DNA of 63,945 nucleotides, filler included, from Craspedostauros australis (taxonomy: Eukaryota): the NCBI GenBank assembly GCA_030167865.1. It is 17 parts of 17 records of this genome, joined end to end, with 100 filler letters (N's around TTAATTAATTAA, not from the genome) between each part and the next. Parts side by side here need not be neighbours in the genome. Positions count along the whole stretch, not along the records: positions 19,529 to 26,792 come from JALAGF010000821.1; positions 26,893 to 28,625 come from JALAGF010000827.1; positions 28,726 to 35,005 come from JALAGF010000828.1; 14 more parts are not named here. One strand, 5' to 3'. Position 1 is the stretch's first letter, and each line of letters begins with the position of its first letter. Positions 19,581 through 29,439 of the stretch are shown piece after piece. Under the pieces are notes generated by a model that saw only the letters and a program-made list of their open reading frames with translations, was not told the origin of the DNA and ran no database searches. The position numbers were made by a program, and so were the translations under genes.

Positions 19581-22466
19581 TCAATTGGTTCTCATTGAGC
19601 GGACGAGGTCCACGAGTGTTGCCCGATCCATGTATGAATCAATCTGTGCTGTACCCTCGTCCTCATCTATGATCTTGTACAGCTCCATCATGGACATGTG
19701 GCTGTACTCATCATCACTCTCTGCTTCCCCACTGCAAAACGCCTGGGTCTCCGTCATCAGTTGATGGTGCGGAACCAGTTTCTTGAAATCTGGATGAGTG
19801 AACAGATTTTGATCATATCCAGCTGCCATTCTCATCGCGGCATCCTTCAACACCACGCAGTTGTGTTGATCAGCGAGTATCAATGCATCCATCATGGTGG
19901 TCTGTGTGAGATATTTGTGGGCCAACTCCGCTTCAAGAACAAGCTTGAGTCGCCAGAAGCCGAACTTGTTGGCCACAAGGATCAGCTGTTGCAGATCGTG
20001 CCATCCAGTGAGGGTGGGAGTTGGCTGGTTTGCGTCATCATCGTTGGTGTCTTCATGAGTGCTGTTGTCGAAAGACATCTCACCTGTGTAGATGCATTGG
20101 AGGACGTGTCGGACGTGTTTTGGTTGAAGGTTGGGAAGAGGGATGGTTGTTTGGATGGGTTCAGTTCCATCTTGAGCACCATCGTGAGCGCATTGATGTT
20201 GGATTCCAGAGTTGATCAATGTCTGAATGGATGGAACAGTGACAATGAGGACTGCGGAGTTTGCCTTGATTGATTGTTGGTCGTCCCCTTGTCCGCACAG
20301 GAAGGTAGTGTCTGCGATGGCCTCGGCACCAACAGCGGCGCGACGATCTTGGTCGATGCTGATCTTGAAGTGTTGTTTCAGCTGCCGTTTCAGTTGTTCG
20401 CTCTCTCGTTGACTTTTCGAGACCATGCCCTGCATTGCTTCCTTCTGCTGTTTCAACTGCTGCTTCAGTTGTTCGTTCTCCTGGTCCTTTTGTTTCTTCT
20501 CTTCCCCCTCCCGTTCCAACTGCTGTTTCAGCTGTTCGTTCTCCCGTCGAGTTGTTGAGACCATGCCCTGCATTGCTTCCTTCTGCTGTTTCGACTGTTG
20601 TTTTGACTGCTGTTTCAACTGCCGTTTCAGTTGCTTGTTCTCCTGGTCCTTCTTGTTCTTTTCTTGCCCCTCCCGTTTCAACTGCCGTTTCAGTTGTTCG
20701 CTCTCTCGTTGACTTTTTGAGAGCATGTGCTGCATTTCTTCCTTTTGCTGTCCCAACTCCCGCTTCAGTTGTTCATTCTCTTGCTGACTCTTCGAGAGCA
20801 TGCCCTGCATTGCTTCCTTCTGCTGTTTCAACTGCTGTTTCAGTTGCTTGTTCTCCTGACCCTTCTTGTTCTTCTCTTGCCCCTCCCGTTCCAACTGCCG
20901 TTTCAGTTGTTCGCTCTTCTGGTCCTTCTTGCTCTTCTCTTGCCCCTCCCGTTCTAACTGCCGTTTCACTTGTTCGTTCTCTCGTCGACTTTTCGAGAGC
21001 ATGCCCTGCATTTCTTCCTTCTGCTGTTTCAACTGCCGCTTCAGTTGTTCGTTCTCCTGGTTCTTCTTGTTCTTCTCTTGCCCCTCCCATTCCAACTGCT
21101 GTTTCAGTTGTTCGTTCTCTCGCTGACTTTTCGAGAGCATGCGCTGCATTTCTTCCTTCTGCTGTCCCAACTCCAGCTTCAGTTGCTGGCCTTCCTGCTT
21201 GTTCTCTTTCAACTGCTGCCGCAGTTGCGGGTTGCGGAGACTGAGACCAGTGATGATCGATCTCATCACCTTGATTTGATCGTTTGTGCCGATCACATCG
21301 AGAGGGGTTTTGTTGTCTTTGTTTTGGATGTCGACATCGGCATTGGCTGATGCGATGAGGTACTCCACGCATTCAGAATGACTCTTGGAGCATGCAAGAT
21401 GAAGGGGAGTGGCACCTAACAAGTTTTGGAGGTTGACGTTGACCCCATGTGATTGGATGAGGTACTTCGCACACTCCAGCTGGCCGTATTGGCATGCCCA
21501 ATGAAGGGGAGTCCAACCAGCATTGTCTTTGCAGTAGATGTCCGCCTCACATGATTCGATGAGGTACTTCACACACTCCAGCTGGCCGTTGTAGCATGCC
21601 GCATGAAGGGGAGTGGAACCATCGTTGTTTTTGCAGTTGGCGTCGGCCCCGCGTGATTCGATGAGGTACTTGACACACTCCAGCTGGCCGGTAACGCATG
21701 CCGCATGAAGGGAAGTGAGACCATTGTTGTCTTTGCAGTTGATGTTGGCCCCGCGTGATTCGATGAGGTACTTCACACACTCCAGATGGTTGTTTATGCA
21801 TGCCTGATGAAGGGGAGTGAGACCATCGTTGGTTTTGCAGTTGATGTCAGCCCCGCGTGATTCGATGAGGTACTTCACACATTCCAGCTGGCCGTTTTGG
21901 CATGCCGCATGAAAGGGAGTGAGACCTTTGTTGTTTTTGCAGTTGGCGTCGGCCTTACATGATTCGATGAGGTACTTCACACATTCCAGTTGGCCAGTGA
22001 TGCATGCGATATAAAGGGGAGTGTCACCGTCGTTGTCTTGGCAGTTGGTGTCAGCCCTGCATGATTCGATGAGGTACTTCACACACTCCAGCTGGCCGTT
22101 TCGGCATGCCGCATGAAGGGGAGTGTGACCATAGTTGTTTTGGCAGTTGATGTCGGCCCTGCCTGATTCGATGAGGTACTTCACACATTCCAGCTGGCCG
22201 GACATGCATGCCAGATGAAGGGGAGTGAGACCATTGTTGTCTTTGCAGTTGGTATCGGCCTCACATGATTCGATGAGGTACTTGACACACTCCAGCTGGC
22301 CGGTAACGCATGCCACTTGGAGGCAAGTCCATCCCTTGCTGTCTGTCAGTTTGTTGGCATCAACTCCTTCATTCTGCGTCTGGTTCTGCGTCTTCCATTC
22401 CTTCAACACCGACAAGTCACCTGTTGCGACAGCAGCAAAGAGTTGTTCGTTCGTAACATTCGGCAT
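19581..22466 (-). CDS. Ankyrin-repeat / coiled-coil / BTB(POZ) protein (~961 aa)
   Basis: About ten 34-aa ankyrin repeats (GxTPLHxAC..GQLECVKYLIES), a Q/E/K heptad region, then BTB-like ADTTFLCG...VRHVLQCIYTG...LILVANKFG..RLK and BACK-like ALILADQHNCVVLKDAAM. Start taken at MPNV (22466); the frame is open from 22838. Confidence 0.88.
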   Translation of the reverse strand: MPNVTNEQLFAAVATGDLSVLKEWKTQNQTQNEGVDANKLTDSKGWTCLQVACVTGQLECVKYLIESCEADTNCKDNNGLTPLHLACMSGQLECVKYLIESGRADINCQNNYGHTPLHAACRNGQLECVKYLIESCRADTNCQDNDGDTPLYIACITGQLECVKYLIESCKADANCKNNKGLTPFHAACQNGQLECVKYLIESRGADINCKTNDGLTPLHQACINNHLECVKYLIESRGANINCKDNNGLTSLHAACVTGQLECVKYLIESRGADANCKNNDGSTPLHAACYNGQLECVKYLIESCEADIYCKDNAGWTPLHWACQYGQLECAKYLIQSHGVNVNLQNLLGATPLHLACSKSHSECVEYLIASANADVDIQNKDNKTPLDVIGTNDQIKVMRSIITGLSLRNPQLRQQLKENKQEGQQLKLELGQQKEEMQRMLSKSQRENEQLKQQLEWEGQEKNKKNQENEQLKRQLKQQKEEMQGMLSKSRRENEQVKRQLEREGQEKSKKDQKSEQLKRQLEREGQEKNKKGQENKQLKQQLKQQKEAMQGMLSKSQQENEQLKRELGQQKEEMQHMLSKSQRESEQLKRQLKREGQEKNKKDQENKQLKRQLKQQSKQQSKQQKEAMQGMVSTTRRENEQLKQQLEREGEEKKQKDQENEQLKQQLKQQKEAMQGMVSKSQRESEQLKRQLKQHFKISIDQDRRAAVGAEAIADTTFLCGQGDDQQSIKANSAVLIVTVPSIQTLINSGIQHQCAHDGAQDGTEPIQTTIPLPNLQPKHVRHVLQCIYTGEMSFDNSTHEDTNDDDANQPTPTLTGWHDLQQLILVANKFGFWRLKLVLEAELAHKYLTQTTMMDALILADQHNCVVLKDAAMRMAAGYDQNLFTHPDFKKLVPHHQLMTETQAFCSGEAESDDEYSHMSMMELYKIIDEDEGTAQIDSYMDRATLVDLVRSMRTN
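20380..21220 (-). repeat. Coding tandem repeat of mixed 63-bp and 75-bp units (coiled coil)
   Basis: Units encode EQLKRQLEREGQEKNKKDQEN (21 aa) and EQLKQQLKQQKEAMQGMLSKSQREN (25 aa). Confidence 0.85.
21345..22335 (-). repeat. 102-bp tandem repeat encoding the ankyrin units (9 conserved plus 1 divergent)
   Basis: GATTCGATGAGGTACTT recurs every 102 bp (e.g. 21859, 21961, 22063, 22165, 22267). Confidence 0.93.
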
Positions 22467-23417
22467 TTTGAGAGGATGGTCGATGATTACTGGACGATTG
22501 ATGTTGGGCGATTGACGTTGGATTGGCTGTCGAGGAAGAGTGTAGTTCGAGTTACCTATGGCGGAGATATCGATGGTGGTGTCTTCAATAGCTTGTATTT
22601 GTATGGGTATCATACACTGTGTGGTATCTCGATGTCTGTTGTTGATGTGCTCGGGTATGGGGTTGAGTGGTGTGCTTTGTTGTCTTGTTGTCTTGTTGTC
22701 TTGGTCTTCTCTTTGTGTTTGCCTCCTTCTCTTGATCGCACCTCTGATTCTGATTTGGGTCCTTCTCTTGATCGCACCCCTGGTTCTGGTTCGCATCCAC
22801 CGGTTCCCATCCATTGCGAAAATGTACGTGGACAACAAGAAGAAAGGAGGGACAACGGAGTTCTGTTGCGTGACATCGCTGAAAACGAGAATCTTCGACT
22901 GCTATGAGTAAAACCATCGAAGAAGATCAACGTCTGTTTGGACATCTGTTGAAGCACAACGAATGCGAGAGATCATTGACCGTGACACACAACTGGTTCG
23001 AAATGGTCGTTGCGTGTTGCCATTGGCCCAAAAGGTCATAGGTGCCTCCGTACATTCTGGGTGTGTGCATTTTCGCACATGTGCTGGCATGTCTTTGATG
23101 ACACCCACAGACTTGATCAGTGCTTTGACCAACATGCTCAGCAACCAACCCTCCCATGAAGTTGAGTTCCATGTTTCCAAAAGGGCATGCTATGAATATC
23201 AGCACAAATCCGTATTGTGCTAAGTACGTTACTCCCGTAGCCCCCACTATCTATCCCTTCATGACCCAGAGATAAGTGCACTATTATATCGTTTATCCCG
23301 ACACCGTGTTAAATTTTGAACGTGTTTGTCCTACCACGGCCTACGTGAAAACTAAATCTGTACCATCGTTTACTAGTGCTATCGTTGGGAACCACTGAAA
23401 TTATGTTTTACCTTACT

Positions 23418-26400
23418 TCAACACCTTCCATGGTAGATACTCCAATGTTCCTTGCAGATATGGACTCCGCACAAGCTGCAGATCCGTTTCACCCTTTTTG
23501 GGGTGTTTCTTTCTAGGCCAGTAATTTTATTTGTGGCCTTCACGTAGCAGCAATATTGGCAAAGTCGTTGCTTTCCATCCTCGTCGATTATCTGTCTGTG
23601 GTCTGAATACACCCCCATGAACCGATCCGCGCTTAGTTCTGGTTGGGTACTGCTCATCCTCGTCCTTGTTCGTATCTCCTTTGGGATTCTCCCTGCCCTC
23701 CTTGTGCCACGACCTTCGCACGTCCTTGCTTTTCGCACCAGCGCTTCCACCATCGCCAAGCCATATGATTTGTGATCCATTCGATCCTCCTCCTCCACAA
23801 GGTGGCTGTGTGCGATCCATGAGTTCACCCTCAGTATGTCAAGTAGGTGAAACATGATTGGCATCCATACCCTTCAACACCGCAGATTTGGTTGATAGTA
23901 TGCGATAAGCTGATCGCACCAATCCACCCCTCCCATCCAATGATTGTAGTCATTGATCATTCTTGGGATCCTGATTGCAGCATTCCAGTCATCACCCCAG
24001 ACAGTTCTCAGATGTTTTTTGTTTGTTGTGGTCTGTCGTGGTCGATGTCGATTCTTTGCGACTGTCTCATTTCCATAATGGACTGTACTTACCATGAGCA
24101 CCACATTGTTATCCACCCATCGAGTAATGACATACTTGTCACTCTCTGTCCAGATGTACAGAGAGTTGAAGCAATCATCTTCGATGTCCTTCATTTCCTT
24201 GGGAGGGAATCCACGACGATTCCTTGCCGTTCCAACAATACCCACTCCCATCTCCCTTGACTTTTCAATGACTGTCTTTGTAGTGAATAGATTGTCCATG
24301 GCAACGACGTGCTTGTGTGCAGGGTTGAGTTTGGCAAGCAGCTCTGCGACGGTGTTGTTGATCCTGGTGGTTTTGTCCAGGCGCCCCGATGGCAGCACAT
24401 GGAACATGAACCCTGAGGCTGAGCAGCACAGCGAATAGAACTTGTACCCTTCCTTGATCGGCTTCTGCCGCATGCGATGCGTCTGCGCCGATCTTCCCTT
24501 GAATCGGACCATCATCTCATCAATGGCGCATGCATAGCCAGGTCTCAGACACAGCCGCTTCGACACACTGTTGGTGTGGTTCAGAAGTGGCTGAACCTTG
24601 GCATACCATGAACGATTTGTTTGGAGCATGGAAGATTGTTTCTGCTGTGATAGTGTGGATGCCCTTGCCTCCCTCTTTGCAGTGTTGGGTCTGCTAGCAG
24701 CAACATCCTTGGCTTCTGGTGGCGGCTCTTCTGAGAATCCTGACGCATTCCGTTGCCAAGATGGAACAAAGTCCATGGGGCTCATGTCATCCTCAGCTTC
24801 TGGTTGTTCACCTGCTGTCTCCACTGACAATTTGGATGCTTTGTCCCATGTTAGCAATGCAGTGAAGTGAATATGTTTCCATACTGTTTCATATCTTCCT
24901 CTTGACATGTACGTCATAAACAGATGAGTTGGAACAGAGATGGATGCAGCTCTCCAGTAGTCGCGTTTTGCCGGAGCTCGGAAGAATCCCATGTAGTAGT
25001 ACATGGCAAAGAAGATGTACAGCTCAGGGACAGTGATGATGGGTGCCGTTGATTTGGTGTTTCGAAGATGGTTGTTGGTATGGAATTGGATCTTCTCCAG
25101 GAGCGAGAGTGGAAAGAAGATTTCCAGGATAGTGTCGATGTTCATTTTTATATCACACGGATTCTAACTGTTAGGTCATGCGCCGGGGGCGCTTTGATTC
25201 CGCCTCGTTTATTCTACGTGTCAGCACGCAGCGGGAACGGATGCATATGCGTTTCTTCTGTGTGTCGTGGGTTATCATCGCTGGGAGTATGGCGTGCGCA
25301 GCAACTGGCTGTTGGGTGTGTCGTCGTGTGGTCGGGTACGGGCGTTGCGGCTTGCGTTGCTCATCCAGTTCACCAGCACCTTGTCGATTGGCGGAGCGGA
25401 GTCGCCAAGGCTCTGGCGCAAGGTCTGGACCCAAGGAATGATCTGGCTGGTCGCCTCAGTGCTAGGGGGGCGTTCCCAGAGCGGGCGCAGCGCCGCTGGT
25501 GTGGTGGACGTTGCCTGCGATCTCAACGCTTGGAAGTACTGGAGCAACACTGGCGTCATGTCGTCGTACTGCAGGGCTGCTTTGGTTTCGTTGCGATCCT
25601 GCCACTGGGCCAACACTGCGTGCCACAGAGTATTGGTAACGCTGGCTTGCCAGTCATGGAGTAACCGCGGGGCTCGTCTGCGGCGGTGAGGTGCCATGGG
25701 CGGCGCCTGTGATCTCCACTGAACGGCCCAGCCTCCCCAAACCATTGCATTCCAACCCACTTTGCTCTGGTGCAATTGTATGTCCTTGGTGGGGGAGTCT
25801 CTGATGCCGGATGGCGGGAGGCCTCCGGTGGTGATGCGTTGTATGGCCGTGCACACTAGCTGGGCGATTTCCGGTGGTGTCGTTGGCGGTCGCACGATTG
25901 ACCGCACTTTCTGTATCGCCTTGGCCCAGATAGCTTGGCTGGACAGGCCGGGGCACATGATGATGTGGGAGTTGTCCTCGGACCTCCCGCACCGGGGGCA
26001 GCGGTCCGTTGTCGTCTGCTGTCTCCTGGCCATATTCTTTCCGCTGGCGCTGGTGCCTGTCATGAGTTTGAGTAGGGTGCGTCGCTTGCCGCCTTTCCAT
26101 TTCCGTGAGGCGGAGCGTAGGGGCATCCAGTCCACTTCGGCTGGCTGGCTGTGACCCCACCTGCTACACCATTTGGCTTGGACGTCGTTCCGCCGGAGAG
26201 CTTTGGAGACGGTCCAGTAGTTCAGATCAGAGATGGTGCCTCGTGTGGTGCGCAGGTGTGTCGAGATGTACATGTGAGTATACGTCAAGATGTACGTGTA
26301 TATGTGCATCGTTCACCTGCTATTCTCTCATACGCACTTGGACGGTATAACTACATTCGTGTCGATAGTATACTGTGATTCGTCAGAATTACAGGGGAAA

Positions 26401-26483
26401 TGGAACACACGAAAAGGGGCAAGATTTCTGGAGGAAATTTGCAAATAATGATTTCTGGGAGAATCAGAAGATCGTCCGTCCAT
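23418..26483 (-). pseudogene. piggyBac (PGBD4-like) transposase, broken by an in-frame TGA (23874-23876) and a 1219-bp insertion
   Basis: DDD motifs AIDEMMVRFKGR, VAMDNLFT and MGGVDWCDQ; C-terminal Cys-rich CQYC...CSLCGVHICKEH. ORFs 23874-25145 and 23418-23864 share a frame. Removing 25140-26358 and one TSD restores a frame from ATG 26483 (~612 codons). Confidence 0.9.
25140..26358 (-). mobile_element. Truncated non-LTR retrotransposon (C-terminal zinc-knuckle part of the RT ORF, possibly Ambal-like) with an 8-bp TSD GTGTCGAT
   Basis: ORF 25275-~26260 has VDW...RCPRCGRSEDNSHIIMCP...QSKVGW...W..RN, typical of LINE ORF2 C-termini. Direct repeats flank it at 25132-25139 and 26359-26366. Confidence 0.82.
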
Positions 26484-26648
26484 GCATCAATGGTACCAAG
26501 AGAATCTCGAGGTACTTCCCAACTAAACCTCAGATGNNNNNNNNNNNNNNNNNNNNNNNNNNNNNNNNNNNNNNNNTGACATCTGGAGAGCAGAAGGACG
26601 CCTACTGACGTTGACAGGATGTCAACATGTCACCACGTCGACAGCTGT

Positions 26649-26792
26649 CTCCAAGTCAGAGCAGGAGACGAAGATACAATGACCCATGAAGATCATGGAT
26701 ACTGCAGATGAACTTCAAATGGTAAGTACTCATGGAGTAGAAGCCAGTACTGAATGAACAGAGTGTCGAATGCGGAGTACGCATCGAACACG
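26649..26792 (+). repeat. Dispersed repeat (probable LTR fragment); inverted copy at 36045-36188
   Basis: Manual alignment: about 9 mismatches in 144 bp, 8 of them transitions. Confidence 0.85.
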
Positions 26793-28172
26793 NNNNNNNN
26801 NNNNNNNNNNNNNNNNNNNNNNNNNNNNNNNNNNNNTTAATTAATTAANNNNNNNNNNNNNNNNNNNNNNNNNNNNNNNNNNNNNNNNNNNNACAAAACA
26901 GCACGATACTCGCGCGCTGCAAGTCCGAACCATGGACATCCTCCTGATCGTGCCATCCTTCCTCCTCTTCTCTCTCGACAGGTATTCATACCCCGACAGA
27001 TGTGCACGTCTCATCATCCACACAGACGACCTACACATGTTCGAAGCCTGTACATGCAACCCAGTAGTCCAGCAGCTTTCGTGATGATGGAGGATTGACA
27101 GGGAACAGCAGCTTGAGCACCGTCACCAATCGTGCGACACTTGACGACCAGCTACTCTGTGTACCTCTCTATTTGAGTCCGAGTATGGCGTACAGTTGTG
27201 GCGGGCGACCGCGGCAGCATCCGCAACTGCAAAGGCGAGAACGGAGACCCGCACAGTGATAGACTGGCGACAATGCGACGTCTCGCGTGCTTCTGATCAT
27301 CATCATCATCATGGTGATACAGACCCAATCATGCAAACCAATACCATCTTCGCCATGCGTACCACACATACCATCCATCCTCATCTCTGCAGTTGCTCTG
27401 CGACCAGTTTGCTCCATCTTGTTTGGTGAAAATGTGAACTGGTTGAGTCGTGAAGGGCCGTTGTCTTGTTGTTCTTGTTGTTGTTCTCTTGAGTACTTGT
27501 AGCGCAATGATGATGATGTTTGCGGATTAATGGGCTTTTCTCCGAGAACCAATTAACAGTTGGAATGAGCAGGATAAGTCATTCACTACCAGCACGCCCA
27601 ACTGTGCATCTCGTATTGTTGTTGTTCTTGTTGTGTGGGGAGAAGGGATGTTGTCTTTCGTAACGTGTTGTTCGTGGTTGGGTGTGAGGCCATTGGAGTT
27701 GTGTTGACGGAAGACTGGTAGAGGCTTCTGATTGGCCATCGAGGATGGACGTGGCAACGAATTCATGACAAACCGGTGTTCATGTTTCCACACGTTCAGT
27801 GAAGCTCACTTTCACCACCACACAACACTGCAACTTCGTTTCTTTTGCGAGTGCTCGCTGCTTGTGGACCCACCTGTATTTCCTGTGCCGAACAAGACCA
27901 ATGCTTGGGGATGGAAGTGTGGCTGAGACTGCTCCAGGCGTTGTGTCCTCTGCACCCGCATGTATTCCGCCATGACTGGAACCTGTATGACAGATTGCGG
28001 AGGTTGCCGCTCTTGAATCGGCAAGCTGGCACGTTCTCCATCCTCTTGTTTTGTCTGTGGGAAAGCAAAGCAAAACAAAGCGGATCAACCTTCCTCTCAC
28101 AAAATACAAATCCATCCGCTCCACAAACCGCAACAACAACAAACAGCAACAACAACAATAACAGCAACCGCA

Positions 28173-28625
28173 ATGACAGCATACAACAACACGACGGCAC
28201 TCATCACACTCACGCTGCTGTGTTTGTGCAACTCAATCACAAACTGCCAAGCGTGGGTGACACACAACACGCCATCGGCGTCAAAAACATCAACCACACA
28301 CACACGACAAGGACCGCCACCAGCCGCCACGGCAACTCACATCAATCCACAGCAAACGCACGTCCTCGTTCTTCCAGGCTTCGCAACCGCAGCCAGCGAC
28401 TACGTCGACGACCTGGTTCCCAACATCGCACAGCAAGCCATCGACGCTGGATGGTGGAGCAACGACAACGACAACAACAACAACGACAACGATATGACCA
28501 ACGCAATGGATCACATCCACGTCCTGCCACTCCAGCGACATGATTGGGCACAGACCATTGCATTCGGCATGTGCGATCTCGACTTCATGACCTTCAAGGC
28601 ACCAGCAACCAAGTGGGCGTACCGA
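28173..28625 (+). CDS. Alpha/beta-hydrolase (PGAP1/lipase-like), N-terminal part, cut by the scaffold end
   Basis: Signal peptide ending CQA-W; HVLVLPGF...DY oxyanion strand; VLPLQRHDW...G..D..F pattern like plant and algal plastid alpha/beta-hydrolases. Confidence 0.65.
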
Positions 28626-29439
28626 NNNNNNNNNNNNNNNNNNNNNNNNNNNNNNNNNNNNNNNNNNNNTTAATTAATTAANNNNNNNNNNNNNNNNNNN
28701 NNNNNNNNNNNNNNNNNNNNNNNNNGTGTGTTTGAGTGCGAGGGTGAGTGTGAGTGTGTTGTGTAGTGTGCTGTGTAGTATGTTGTGTGTGCCATTGCTG
28801 CTCATGTGTGTCTTGGGTGTGGTAATGTCCTTGTACTATGGTTTATGGTGCATTGGCATGTTTTGTGATCGAGTTTTGGCTTTGTGGGCATTGTTCGGGC
28901 ACTTATGTGTGAGTTTTTTTGCTGCCAGTGTGCTGGGGGCTATTAGCAACATTCTTTTTGGGTTATTGTGCATTGGGGTGTAGTGAGCTGTGTCTTGATG
29001 TGTGATTGGTGCTGTCAATTGTTAGGGTGATGCTTTTGTGTCCTGGATGATCGTGCTTTGGCCTGTAGTGAGCAGTGATTTAGTGTATGACAGGTGCTGG
29101 AAATTGCCCTGTTCTTTTGTGTGGTTGGTTATCATGCATGGGTGTGTAGTGAGCAGTTGGTGACATGTTGTGCCATGGCCTTGTCTCTGTGCATGCCTTG
29201 TGTGTCTTGTGTGTCTTGTGTGCCTTTGCTACTCATGTATTGAGGGTTAGGGGTTATTAACAATGTTGTATCTTGGGTTTTCGTGCATTTCCTCGTTGTG
29301 AGCAGTGTGTGAGCAGTGTATGGGCAGTGTATGGGCAGTGTGTGAGTAGTGTGTCATGATTTGGCCATTTAAGTTTGTAGGGAACCATGTGATCAGTGTT
29401 TTGTGTACTGTGTGCACTGTCTGTGCGTGTGTGCGTGCG

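Larger units (their letters stand above)
23255..26536 (-). mobile_element. piggyBac DNA transposon, inactivated; 5' end lost in a gap
   Basis: Contains the transposase below. Putative terminus CCCTTCATGACC at 23255, 163 bp past the transposase stop; the same 12-mer starts a second putative end at 43096. Confidence 0.82.

Noticed and set aside
22467..22838. Upstream extension of the ankyrin ORF, including a 33-bp duplication
   Set aside because: Non-ATG start in the track and UTR-like composition.
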